Shown here one piece after another: positions 21,784 through 32,944 of a stretch of DNA of 64,000 nt (its first letter is position 1; each line of letters begins with the position of its first letter). A model generated the notes under the pieces. That model saw only the letters and a list, made by a program, of their open reading frames with translations, had not been told where the DNA came from and did no database searches. Made by a program: the position numbers and the translations under genes. The stretch is from NCBI GenBank assembly GCA_032718475.1, contig JAUCBJ010001382.1:28843-92842 (forward strand), in the 5' to 3' direction. Source of the DNA: Nemertoderma westbladi. Taxonomy: Eukaryota; Animalia; Xenacoelomorpha.

Positions 21784-22890
21784 TGCGAGTAAGTAGATTG
21801 CGAATTAGTCAATTGCGAATTATTATGTTGCGAATTATATAATTGCAGATTGTATAATTGCAAGTCGTGCTATTGTGATCTGTGATTGCTGACGTTGATT
21901 GGTGTGTTATTGAAGTGTGCCTATGATTACGAATGCTTAGGTAGGCGCCCCTTTCTCTTTGATTGATTTCTATTTCTTAGTTACAACAAATAATTACTGA
22001 TTAGGTCAAAGTAATACGGCATTTTAGGCTATTACTAGCGAAACCTGTTGTGTAATAAATTAGAATTACGCATTCTGGAACTCTTAGTAATTAGTACGCT
22101 GTTACATATTTGTGACTGTAATTGATTAGTAAAATTAAGAATTAGTACGCAGCATAGCGGAGAGTAGCTAAGGTAATAATTTAGAGTACCGTAAACTATT
22201 CACGCTGAGCGGTTATTTGCATTAGCGGGCAATAAGCTAGATCGCAGTAGTCAGTACGCAAGACACTAGTAAGTTGCTGGCCTAAAGCCAGCTGCAGGCA
22301 AGTTTAGACCCAGAGCGGTATCACCTACGAAAGACATTGTACTGTACCAATTTTGATTATTTAAATATTCTCGCATTCACACATTCCGTTAGGGAACCCC
22401 CAGTATTCGCGATTAGAAAAGACGTAGGCATTAGCGTACTTCAACAGTAGTAAAATTAGGCGTAAGAATATACTCTGAGTGCAAAGCCCCTCGCACTCGT
22501 CTTAAGTAAGCTTAGGGAGCCGACTCGGGTTTATTGTTTTGGTTATTCCCGCGTGGCTCATAGATTCGAACAGTTAGCTCTCTATCGAGCGATCGGTAGA
22601 GAAAGGAACAAGCGATTTTGCAGGAGCTGTGTAAATTTAGTAAAATATATTAGCGGACGGCAGATTAGCGCCATCCAACGGTAAGTAGCGGTTTTGTATT
22701 TAGCAACCTTTACAATTTAGTAATAGCACGCTCCTGATCCCCTTTACTTAACAGTAGAGCAGTCTTTGTGTCTTATTCTGTTATTGGTTAGGCGAGAGCT
22801 CATTACAGTCATTAGGTTGGCAGAGAGGTATACGGGTATTTGTCTGTTCAACAGTTCTGCTGTTAGTATAGGTGTCGCGGTTGTTTAACA

Positions 22891-23115
22891 AACTCATTTA
22901 ACTCATTTAACTCATTTAACTCATTTAACTCATTTAACTCATTTAACTCATTTAACTCATTTAACTCATTTAACTCATTTAACTCATTCAACTCATTCAA
23001 CTCATTTAACTCATTTAACTCATTTAACTCATTTAACTCATTTAACTTATTTAACTCATTTAACTCATTTAACTCATTTAACTAATTCAACTCATTTAAC
23101 TCATTTAACTCATTT
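22891..23115. repeat. 9-bp tandem repeat (AACTCATTT)n, about 25 copies
   Basis: Direct reading. Confidence 0.95.
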
Positions 23116-23804
23116 GAACGATACCAATAGATAACATGCTGATTGGATACAGGCGATGCTCGTTCCTAAAACCAATAGATAACATGCTGATTGGATACAG
23201 GCGATGCTCGTTCCTAAAACCAGTAGATAACATGCTGATTGGATACAGGCGATGCTCGTTCCTAAAACCAGTAGATAACATGCTGATTGGATACAGGCGA
23301 TGCTCGTTCCTAAAACCAGTAGATAACATGCTGATTGGATACAGGCGATGCTCGTTCCTAAAACCAGTAGATAACATGCTGATTGGATACAGGCGATGCT
23401 CGTTCCTAAAACCAGTAGATAACATGCTGATTGGATACAGGCGATGCTCGTTCCTAAAACCAGTAGATAACATGCTGATTGGATACAGGCGATGCTCGTT
23501 CCTAAAACCAGTAGATAACATGCTGATTGGATACAGGCGATGCTCGTTCCTAAAACCAGTAGATAACATGCTGATTGGATACAGGCGATGCTCGTTCCTA
23601 AAACCAATAGATAACATGCTGATTGGATACAGGCGATGCTCGTTCCTAAAACCAGTAGATAACATGCTGATTGGATACAGGCGATGCTCGTTCCTAAAAC
23701 CAGTAGATAACATGCTGATTGGATACAGGCGATGCTCGTTCCTAAAACCAGTAGATAACATGCTGATTGGATACAGGCGATGCTCGTTCCTAAAACCAGT
23801 AGAT
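23116..23804. repeat. 48-bp minisatellite, about 14 near-identical copies
   Basis: Unit CAGTAGATAACATGCTGATTGGATACAGGCGATGCTCGTTCCTAAAAC; explains the 16-aa periodic ORFs. Confidence 0.95.
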
Positions 23805-23840
23805 TACAGGCTGAACCAACTGAGCTACTCCGCGTTTCAC

Positions 23841-25500
23841 TGCTTTAAAAAAGTGTCTTTTGCGAAATCGAACCCTCAGTATCGTGGCCATTCTTTCCAT
23901 TAGTCGTAATTTTTTCATATCATTAGAAAGATTCGAAATATGTAACAATATCTGAATTTCGTTGAGAAAAAGCTGAGATATAGGAGTTCAAATATTGCAA
24001 GGATTATTGTTCGCTGCAGACCATTTATTCTATTTAATAAATAAACCATGTTCTGGAACATTTTGTTTAAGTATGAATAGCTACATAATAGATCTATTGG
24101 ATAGGCATTCCGCTGTCGCGTACCAACTCATAAAACCCGACAATGGCAGCCAGCGGGGTGATCCTTTGGCTTCCCTCTTCTTCAGCTCCAACATCCACGG
24201 GTTTGTGGACTTTTTAAACTGTATCTTCAATGTTTGGTTTCTTGACGATGGCTCCCTAGGTGGGTCCGCCCTTTCAGTTGCTGAAAATTCGAAGACCGTC
24301 ATCAATTAAGCAGCTAAGTTGGGTCTATCGATCAAACCCACTATATGCGAACTCATCTTCCACAAGGACTTTCCTGCGAGTTTGAAGGAATCCACCCTCG
24401 CCACATTTCAATCCATCACCCCAGGCATTAAACCATTTGACTTCGAAGAATCCATCCTACTAGGGGCACCTCTTGGTGATAAGGCCATGGAAACAGTCTT
24501 GGTGCAGAAACAGCTTGAACTATCTACCTTCGCTAGCCGTCTTCATCTACTTTCTGCACATGATGCCGTTTACCTTCTGAGACACTGTTTTGCAATCCCG
24601 AAGCTAATGTACACACTTAGATGTGCTCCATGCTTTACATCACCACAGCTCGACATCTTCGATGAGACCATCAAAAAACCTCTGGAAATAGCTCTCAATA
24701 TCCAGCTGGATGACATCACATGGCGTCAAGCTTCTCTACCCATCGCTCTTGGTGGCCTTGGGGTAAGGAGTACGAGGGACATCTCACTACCGGCCTTTTT
24801 GGCTTCATTCTCAGGATGCGGTCCCCTACTCCAATCCCTTCTTCCACCACCGATCATCGCAGCACCCAACCAATGGTTCGACCAAGGCCTGAGAGCCCTT
24901 CCAACAGACTACGAAGTACCCATCAACCCCATATTCCAGAAAGCCTGGTGCAACCCCTTGGATGTTACTGCCTCAAAGAAAATCCTTGATGGAGCGAAGT
25001 CCCCATCACACATGGCACGCCTTCTAGCTTCAGTGGCAGACCATGCAGGCGACTGGCTCCATGCCATGCCATCCCAATCTCATCTCTTGGTCTCCGTCTC
25101 GAGGACGACAAGCTCCGAGTAGGTGTAGCGCTACGTCTCGGAGCCCCTATCAGCGTCGAGCATAACCGCCGTGTTGTGGCGGTCTTGTAGACAGATGGGC
25201 CACCCATGGCCTCTCGTGTATCCACAATTATGGGAAATTCACCCGCCACGCAGAAAATAAATAAAACATTCTAGAATTTTGTGTATTTAAATAGAATAAA
25301 TGGCCTTCAGCGAAACAATAATTCTTGCAATCTTTGAACGCTTTTATCTCAGCTATTTCTCAACAAAATTCAGATATTGTTACATATTTCGAATCCTTGC
25401 AACGCAAGCTTTCTAATGATATGAAAAATTACGACTAATGTGAAGAATGGCAATGATACGGAGGGTATGATTTCGCAAATGACAATTTTTAAAACGCTTA
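23841..25500. mobile_element. Foldback/MITE-like element with about 230-bp diverged inverted arms enclosing a LINE fragment
   Basis: About 23841-24070 is the reverse complement of about 25260-25500 (e.g. ATTCGAAATATGTAACAATATCTGAATT versus AATTCAGATATTGTTACATATTTCGAAT). Confidence 0.75.
24100..25250 (+). pseudogene. Fragment of a CRE-clade non-LTR retrotransposon RT ORF
   Basis: QRGDPL, WFLDDG, LGAPLG, QASLPIALGGLGVRS and AGDWLHAMP motifs; in-frame stop and a frameshift. Confidence 0.8.
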
Positions 25501-25828
25501 TAACAAATTTAAAGGTGAAATCGAAAATTCCAGCTCCATGAGGTCATTGACGTTGAGTGGAACTAGTTGCGTTTCAAATTTCAAGCAATATGATAAAGAT
25601 TTGTAGACAAATTGGGGGGGGGGGGGGGGGGGGGGGGGTGACCGTGTCATCAGAAAATGAAACTATATTACGGCTCACGGTGTATATATGTAATATATAT
25701 CATGCAGCATGCCGAAAGTTGTATAGTTATAGTTTTTTACCTGATAATAGTAGTTTTGCATTCCTACATGAAACGTTTATACTTCATGTAGACTACTTTT
25801 AAAATCATTAAATTATTTTATTGCAAAC

Positions 25829-26026
25829 CTTTCAAGAGATTGGTGTTTTGCCTTTTGTTTATCGATGTCTCTCTTAAGTTTTTCATTATCTGTTTCCAAT
25901 TTAGAAATCTTTCTATTTAATTCCATCACTTCGATATCTGATTTCTTTTCATCATCTTTACTTAATTTCAGCTCAACTTGTATTTCTTCAGTTTCAGGCT
26001 GATCAGGAGTGTCAGATGAAGATGCC
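25829..26026 (-). CDS. Host gene coiled-coil exon, type A (198 nt, phase 2-2)
   Basis: cttag|G...AG|gtttgc; ASSSDTPDQPETEEIQVELKLSKDDEKKSDIEVMELNRKISKLETDNEKLKRDIDKQKAKHQSLE. Confidence 0.8.
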
Positions 26027-26302
26027 CTAAGTTATGAAACTAAGCTGTTAGTATTTTTATTATGATTATTATTGTTTCGAATTGCACTAAAAAGACTGCT
26101 CCTCCGTTATTTTGCATTTGTATTTTCCGATATTACATTTTCTGGAACCAGCATGTTTATTGTTATCATATTCTCCAGCCACGTTTTGTATTTTATCTTC
26201 TATTTCTGATAACTGGCAATTTTGTAAAAAAAAATTCAAAACTAAAAAAAATGAACAAAAGCATGTTAATGCTGTACAGATAGATTGCTGGCGGATATTT
26301 CA

Positions 26303-28160
26303 TGATAACTCGAGAACTAAAAGATATCTCTCCAAGATAACTCGAGAACTAAAAGAGATCTCTCTAAGATAACTCGAGAACTAAAAGATAACTCTCCAAG
26401 ATAACTTGAGAACTAAAAGAGATCTTTCTAAGATAACTCGAGAACTAAAAGATATCTCTCTAAGATAACTCGAGAACTAAAAGATATCTCTCTAAGATAA
26501 CTCGAGAACTAAAAGATATCTCTCTAAGATAACTTGAGAACTAAAAGAGATCTTTCTAAGATAACTCGAGAACTAAAAGAGATCTTTCTAAGATAACTCG
26601 AGAACTAAAAGATATCTCTCTAAGATAACTCGAGAACTAACAGAGATCTCTCTAAGATAACTCGAGAACTAAAAGATATCTTTCTAAGATAACTTGAGAA
26701 CTAAAAGAGATCTTTCTAAGATAACTCGAGAACTAAAAGATATCTCTCTAAGATAAATCGAGAACTAAAAGATATCTCTCTAAGATAACTCGAGAACTAA
26801 AAGAGATCTTTCTAAGATAACTAGAGAACTAATAGATATCTCTCTAAGAAAAGTCGAGAATTAAAAGAGATCTTTCTAAGATAACTCGAGAACTAAAAGA
26901 GATCTTTCTAAGATAACTCGAGAACTAAAAGAGATCTTTCTAAGATAACTCGAGAACTAAAAGATATCTCTCTAAGATAACTCGAGAACTAACAGAGATC
27001 TTTCTAAGATAACTCGAGAACTAACAGAGATCTCTCTAAGATAACTCGAGAACTAAAAGATATCTCTCTAAGATAAATCGAGAACTAAAAGATATCTCTC
27101 TAAGATAACTCGAGAACTAAAAGAGATCTTTCTAAGATAACTAGAGAACTAATAGATATCTCTCTAAGATAACTCGAGAACTAACAGAGATCTCTCTAAG
27201 ATAACTCGAGAACTAAAAGATATCTCTCTAAGATAAATCGAGAACTAAAAGATATCTTTCTAAGATAACTAGAGAACTAATAGATATCTCTCTAAGAAAA
27301 GTCGAGAATTAAAAGAGATCTTTCTAAGATAACTCGAGAACTAAAAGAGATCTTTCTAAGATAACTCGAGAACTAATAGATATCTCTCTAAGATAACTCG
27401 AGAACTAAAAGAGATCTTTCTAAGATAACTAGAGAACTAATAGATATCTCTCTAAGAAAAGTCGAGAATTAAAAGAGATCTTTCTAAGATAACTCGAGAA
27501 CTAACAGAGATCTTTCTAAGATAACTCGAGAACTAAAAGATATCTCTCTAAGATAACTCGAGAACTAACAGAGATCTCTCTAAGATAACTCGAGAACTAA
27601 AAGATATCTCTCTAAGATAACTCGAGAACTAAAAGATATCTCTCTAAGATAACTCGAGAACTAAAAGAGATCTCTCTAAGATAACTCGAGAACTAAAAGA
27701 TATATCTCTAAGATAACTCGAGAACTAAAAGATATCTCTCTAAGATAAATCGAGAACTAAAAGATATCTCTCTAAGATAACTCGAGAACTAAAAGAGATC
27801 TTTCTAAGATAACTAGAGAACTAATAGATATCTCTCTAAGAAAAGTCGAGAATTAAAAGAGATCTTTCTAAGATAACTCGAGAACTAAAAGAGATCTTTC
27901 TAAGATAACTCGAGAACTAAAAGAGATCTTTCTAAGATAACTCGAGAACTAAAAGATATCTCTCTAAGATAACTCGAGAACTAAAAGATATCTCTCTAAG
28001 ATAACTCGAGAACTAAAAGATATCTCTCTAAGATAAATCGAGAACTAAAAGAGATCTTTCTAAGATAACTAGAGAACTAATAGATATCTCTCTAAGAAAA
28101 GTCGAGAATTAAAAGAGATCTCTTTAAGAAAACTCGAGAACTAAAAGAGATCTCTCTAAG
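26303..28160. repeat. 32-bp minisatellite, about 58 copies
   Basis: AAGATAACTCGAGAACTAAAAGA(T/G)ATCT(C/T)TCT with recurring variant blocks. Confidence 0.95.
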
Positions 28161-28405
28161 CCGTTTTAGATTTGAAATCCTCATGAAATTATGTTCTAGA
28201 TGCAACAAAAAATAAATTTCTTAATTTTTTTACCGAGGGGGGGGGGGGGGGCTACCCCTCAACCCCCCCTTAAATCTCTGTTAAAATATACTGGTATTGG
28301 TGTAGAAGAGGAAATTATTGGCAATGCTTCCTAGTGGTGTGAGGTGGATATATATGCATGTAGTCCTATTGTACCTTCTATTTGTAGATAGTACAGTGAT
28401 CAAAC

Positions 28406-28588
28406 CTTTCAACTTTAGAGGTTGACACTGAAGTGACATAATCAAGTTCTTGTTGGAGTTTTTCATTCTTATTAATGACATTTCTTATTTCTTCTTCCAA
28501 AATATTGATTTCATCTTTAGAAAATTGAAGTTCGAGTTGGCACTCTCTATGGTCCAATTCTTCGTAGTTTTCATTTGATGCTAAAACC
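28406..28588 (-). CDS. Host gene coiled-coil exon, type D variant (183 nt, phase 2-2)
   Basis: tttag|G...AG|gtttga; VLASNENYEELDHRECQLELQFSKDEINILEEEIRNVINKNEKLQQELDYVTSVSTSKVE. Confidence 0.8.
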
Positions 28589-28961
28589 CTAAATTATGAG
28601 CAATCATGTTAGTTGGTGATAGTGAATAGTGAAATAATTAATAGGGAACAAGCTAAAACTAGTGCATAAATTTTGATTAAATATTCTTCATTCTGGGACC
28701 CAAGAAAGATTTCAAATTCAATGTAACCAAAGAGCGAGTGACAGGCATTCCGCTTATCATTTCTAATGCCACTATGATCAGTAATTGGGGATCTTCTCCA
28801 CCAGATTGGTGGTTGCAGTTGTTGGTAATAACATGAGTTGAGTATATAACTAGTAGTTGTGAATGCAATGGGTGTGTGCATGTAGCCGGGGACTGCCATT
28901 GGATGATGGATACCATCAGAAAGGTCTGCAGTGAGATGCCCCTCATGCTTACACAGCAAAG

Positions 28962-29110
28962 GGAAGTGATGCAAAGGAACTGATGCAAAGGAAATGATGC
29001 AAAGGAAGTGATGCAAAGGAAGTGATGCAAAGGAAGTGATGCAAAGGAAGTGATGCAAAGGAAGTGATGCAAAGGAAGTGATGCAAAGGAAGTGATGCAA
29101 AGGAAGTGAT
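28962..29110. repeat. 14-bp tandem repeat (GTGATGCAAAGGAA)n, about 10 copies
   Basis: Direct reading. Confidence 0.95.
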
Positions 29111-29330
29111 ACTTTCGTTAAGTATGAATGGTCTCGAAAGATAATCTAAAGGAGGAGACTGAGTTGGAGAAGTTTTTAAGGAGGGAAGATGGCAATTAAG
29201 ACTTGGAGAAAGTACTTAAGTTTGCACTACAAAGAAATTGAGGATGGAGATTAAGGATGATTCGACCAGTGAAAATGTTTTTGAATATATCTTTAGCATT
29301 TTTTAGATTTAAATTTAAATAGATGCCAAC

Positions 29331-29441
29331 CTTCCTATGGATTGAGGTTTTGTTTTTTTCGATTCAACTTCATAACTCACACCAGGAAGTGCAATTTGAT
29401 CTTGATCAGGATGGTCATCAGTGTGTGACTCGGGGGCGACC
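29331..29441 (-). CDS. Host gene linker exon, type S (111 nt, phase 2-2)
   Basis: tttag|G...AG|gttggc; VAPESHTDDHPDQDQIALPGVSYEVESKKTKPQSIG. Confidence 0.75.
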
Positions 29442-29789
29442 CTAAATTAATGATGATGATATTCGAATATTATGAAGTGCTTAATTTAGTTAATGAGTGT
29501 TTGAATGATATATATGTAGATTATCTGAGAAATTGTATACTTTATTTGAATGCATTAGCACTTACTAGTCCTAACTAACATATTAAATTAAAAGTTAAAG
29601 AAACTGTTTTCAGGGGGTGGGTTGTGAAAATCGCTCAAAATATGGTAATAAATTATTATTAAGTAATTTAAACAGGATGGATGTATGGGACAGGAGGATG
29701 GATGGATGTTAAAACATAAAGCAATATTATGGTAATAAAATTGTTATATATTATTATTAAATTTAAGTCAATATTTATTATTTGCAAAC

Positions 29790-30032
29790 CTTTTAATAGA
29801 CAATGGTTTCCCTTTTAGACTATCAATATCTCGTTTCAGTGTTTCTATGTGAGTTTCTAAAGTCTTATTTCTCTTTGTTAGGATCTTATAGTCACTCTCA
29901 GCTCTCTTTGCATTAGCTTTAGAGGATTGGAGGTCAAGTTTAAGTTGTTTTGTATCATCTTTAGCAGATTTCAGCTCAACTTTGAGTTGTTTAGTCTCAG
30001 AATGATCATGGGTGATGGGTGAAGGTGAAACT
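29790..30032 (-). CDS. Host gene coiled-coil exon, type C (243 nt, phase 2-2)
   Basis: tttag|A...AG|gtttgc; VSPSPITHDHSETKQLKVELKSAKDDTKQLKLDLQSSK...LKGKPLSIK; no stops. Confidence 0.8.
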
Positions 30033-30211
30033 CTAAATGATGATGTCAGACATGTTAGTATGGTGAGATTCTGTGCAGAACAAATGATTGAGTTAGTATG
30101 AATTATTTAAAAATATATATTCTAACTTTACAAAAGTAATAGTAGTTAGCATCAGTTGGGAATCAAAGCCATCATACATAATTTTATTTAGGTAAAACAT
30201 ATTCAGCAAAC

Positions 30212-30418
30212 CTTTGAATTTCTTCTGATCTTAAATCTGAAGTAACGTTATCAAACTGTTGTTGTAGTTTTTCCAGTTCCGATTCTTGTTTTTCATTCTT
30301 ATTAACTAAATTTCTTATTTCCTCCCCTAAAATTTCTACTTCATCCTTTGAGAACTGAAGTTCGAGTTGGCACTCTCTATGGTCGGATTGCTCGTAAGTG
30401 ATATTTAATGATGAAACC
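30212..30418 (-). CDS. Host gene coiled-coil exon, type D (207 nt, phase 2-2)
   Basis: tttag|G...AG|gtttgc; VSSLNITYEQSDHRECQLELQFSKDEVEILGEEIRNLVNKNEKQESELEKLQQQFDNVTSDLRSEEIQ. Confidence 0.8.
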
Positions 30419-30451
30419 CTAAATTATGAGCAATCATGTTAACTGGTGATA

Positions 30452-31778
30452 GTGAATGGTGCAATAGTTAATGAGCTATGAGTAGATTAAGTGAATGGTG
30501 AAATAGTTAATGAGCTATGGGTAGATTAAGTGAATGGTGCAATAGTTAATGAGCTATGGGTAGATTAAGTGAATGGTGCAATAGTTAATGAGCTATGAGT
30601 AGATTAAGTGAATGGAGCAATAGTTAATGAGCTATGGGTAGATTAAGTGAATGGAGCAATAGTTAATGAGCTATGAGTAGATTAAGTGAATGGAGCAATA
30701 GTTAATGAGCTATGAGTAGATTAAGTGAATGGTGAAATAGTTAATGAGCTATGGGTAGATTAACTGAATGGTGCAATAGTTAATGAGCTATGGGTAGATT
30801 AAGTGAATGGTGCAATAGTTAATGAGCTATGAGTAGATTAAGTGAATGGAGCAATAGTTAATGAGCTATGGGTAGATTAAGTGAATGGAGCAATAGTTAA
30901 TGAGCTATGGGTAGATTAAGGGAATGGTGCAATAGTTAATGAGCTATGGGTAGATTAAGTAAATGGTGCAATAGTTAATGAGCTATGGGTAGATTAAGTG
31001 AATGGTGCAATAGTTAATGAGCTATGAGTAGATTAAGTGAATGGTGCAATAGTTAATGAGCTATGGGTAGATTAAGTGAATGGTGCAATAGTTAATGAGC
31101 TATGAGTAGATTAAGTGAATGGAGCAATAGTTAATGAGCTATGGGTAGATTAAGTGAATGGAGCAATAGTTAATGAGCTATGGGTAGATTAAGTGAATGG
31201 TGCAATAGTTAATGAGCTATGGGTAGATTAAGTGCATGGTGCAATCGTTAATGAGCTATGGGTAGATTAAGTAAATGGTGCAATAGTTAATGAGCTATGA
31301 GTAGATTAAGTGAATGGAGCAATAGTTAATGAGCTATGGGTGGATTAAGTGAATGGAGCAATAGTTAATGAGCTATGGGTAGATTAAGTGAATGGAGCAA
31401 TAGTTAATGAGCTATGGGTAGATTAAGTGAATGGTGCAATAGTTAATGAGCTATGGGTAGATTAAGTGCATGGAGCAATAGTTAATGAGCTATGAGTAGA
31501 TTAAGTGAATGGAGCAATAGTTAATGAGCTATGGGTAGATTAAGTGAATGGAGCAATAGTTAATGAGCTATGGGTAGATTAAGTGAATGGAGCAATAGTT
31601 AATGAGCTATGGGTAGATTAAGTGAATGGTGCAATAGTTAATGAGCTATGGGTAGATTAAGTGCATGGAGCAATAGTTAATGAGCTATGAGTAGATTAAG
31701 TAAATGGTGCAATAGTTAATGAGCTATGGGTAGATTAAGTGAATGGTGCAATAGTTAATGAGCTATGGGTAGATTAAG
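30452..31778. repeat. 39-bp minisatellite, about 34 copies (intronic)
   Basis: Unit GTGAATGG(T/A)GCAATAGTTAATGAGCTATG(G/A)GTAGATTAA. Confidence 0.95.
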
Positions 31779-32369
31779 GATGGGAAATATATTTTAATTT
31801 ACTACATTCTGGGAGCTGGAAATATGAACAGGAATTAATTAGAACCGCATTAGGGACCACCTGATTTTCGAAAGCCACTGCGCTCAATAATTGAGAAACA
31901 AGTAGTCGCAAAGGCAAGCATTGCAGTTGAAATGATGGGGATTGGGTTGGCCATATATAATGCAGTGGTTGTTGATTGAAGAGTGGATATCACTTACTTT
32001 CACCTTCTAATCCGCAGGCTTTCTGCAGTAGCACTGCACTGTGTAGACTTTTGCTCGATGTTAATTAGCTGTAGCAATCGTAAGCTACTTGTTTCCTAGT
32101 TGGAGCTTACTCAAATGCTTGCCCCATCAAAGGAATTATCCAAGTGGATAAGAAGGGAAATAACAATATGGCACATATGGAGAATGTACATGAGTTGGAT
32201 AGTTGAAACACAGTGTTGAAGCATGTAATAGGTATCATAGGATGATAGGAGTTGCCGGATATCCCTAACTCAAGTGGTTTGTAAGAGGATACTAAGACAG
32301 ACTTATACACAATGGAAATATTTTGAATATAGTTGTTACCAATTTCAGTTATAAATTATTGATGCCAAC

Positions 32370-32480
32370 CTTTCTATGGTATGGGGTATTGCTGTTTCCT
32401 TTTCACCATCATAACTCACACCAGGAAGTGCAATTTGATCTTGATCAGGATGGTCATCAGTGTGTGATTTGGGGGCGACC
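32370..32480 (-). CDS. Host gene linker exon, type S (111 nt, phase 2-2)
   Basis: tttag|G...AG|gttggc; VAPKSHTDDHPDQDQIALPGVSYDGEKETAIPHTIE. Confidence 0.75.
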
Positions 32481-32725
32481 CTAAATTAATGATGATTATA
32501 TTCGAATATTATGAAGTGCTTAATTTAGTTAATGAGTGTTTGAATGATATATATGTAGATGATCTGAGAAATTGTATACTTTATTTGATTACATTAGTAC
32601 TTTCTAGCCCTAACTACCATCTTAAATTCGATGTTAAGAAACTGTTTTCAAGGGCAGGGGTGGGTTGTGAAAAATCGCTCAAAATATGGTCATATAATTG
32701 AAAGTAAAATGTATTATCAGCAAAC

Positions 32726-32914
32726 CTTTCTATAGGCAATGATTTCCGTTTTAGTCTTTTAATATCTTCTTTTAGTGTGTCAATATGAGTTTCCAAAGAC
32801 TTGTTTCTCTTTGTTAAGATCTTAATTTCACTCTCAGCTTTCTTTGCATCATTTTTAGCAGATTGCAGGTCTAGTTTAAGTTGTTTTGAGTCATCTTGTT
32901 TGTAAGTCATTGGC
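32726..32914 (-). CDS. Host gene coiled-coil exon, type C variant (189 nt, phase 2-2)
   Basis: T-rich tract, then tatag|G CCA ATG ACT...GAA AG|gtttgc; PMTYKQDDSKQLKLDLQSAKNDAKKAESEIKILTKRNKSLETHIDTLKEDIKRLKRKSLPIE. Confidence 0.7.
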
Positions 32915-32944
32915 CTATAATGATAAAATAAAATAAAAAAATGT

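Larger units (their letters stand above)
551..22890 (+). mobile_element. Bel/Pao LTR retrotransposon (5' LTR not in window; 3' LTR interrupted by a nested element)
   Basis: gag plus PR-RT-RH-IN with Bel/Pao-type motifs; putative 3' LTR TGTTA(12581)...TAACA(22890). Confidence 0.8.
12581..22890 (+). repeat. Putative 3' LTR of the Bel/Pao element (about 2.26 kb after removing the nested insertion)
   Basis: Starts TGTTA after GGAGCGG and ends TAACA; TATAAA at about 13108; 25-bp repeats at 12609-12705; (GTAA)7 at 21754-21781. No second copy in the window to confirm the ends. Confidence 0.5.

Noticed and set aside
23116-23804. CRISPR-like array, or the 218-255-aa repeat ORFs as genes
   Set aside because: Head-to-tail identical 48-mers without spacers, no cas genes, eukaryotic context; the ORFs are by-products of a stop-free unit.
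23805-23833. Intact tRNA gene
   Set aside because: Only the 5'/D-arm-like part is present; no T-arm or B box.
28609-29100. 163-aa and 131-aa ORFs
   Set aside because: They begin in the 14-bp tandem repeat and have no coding features.
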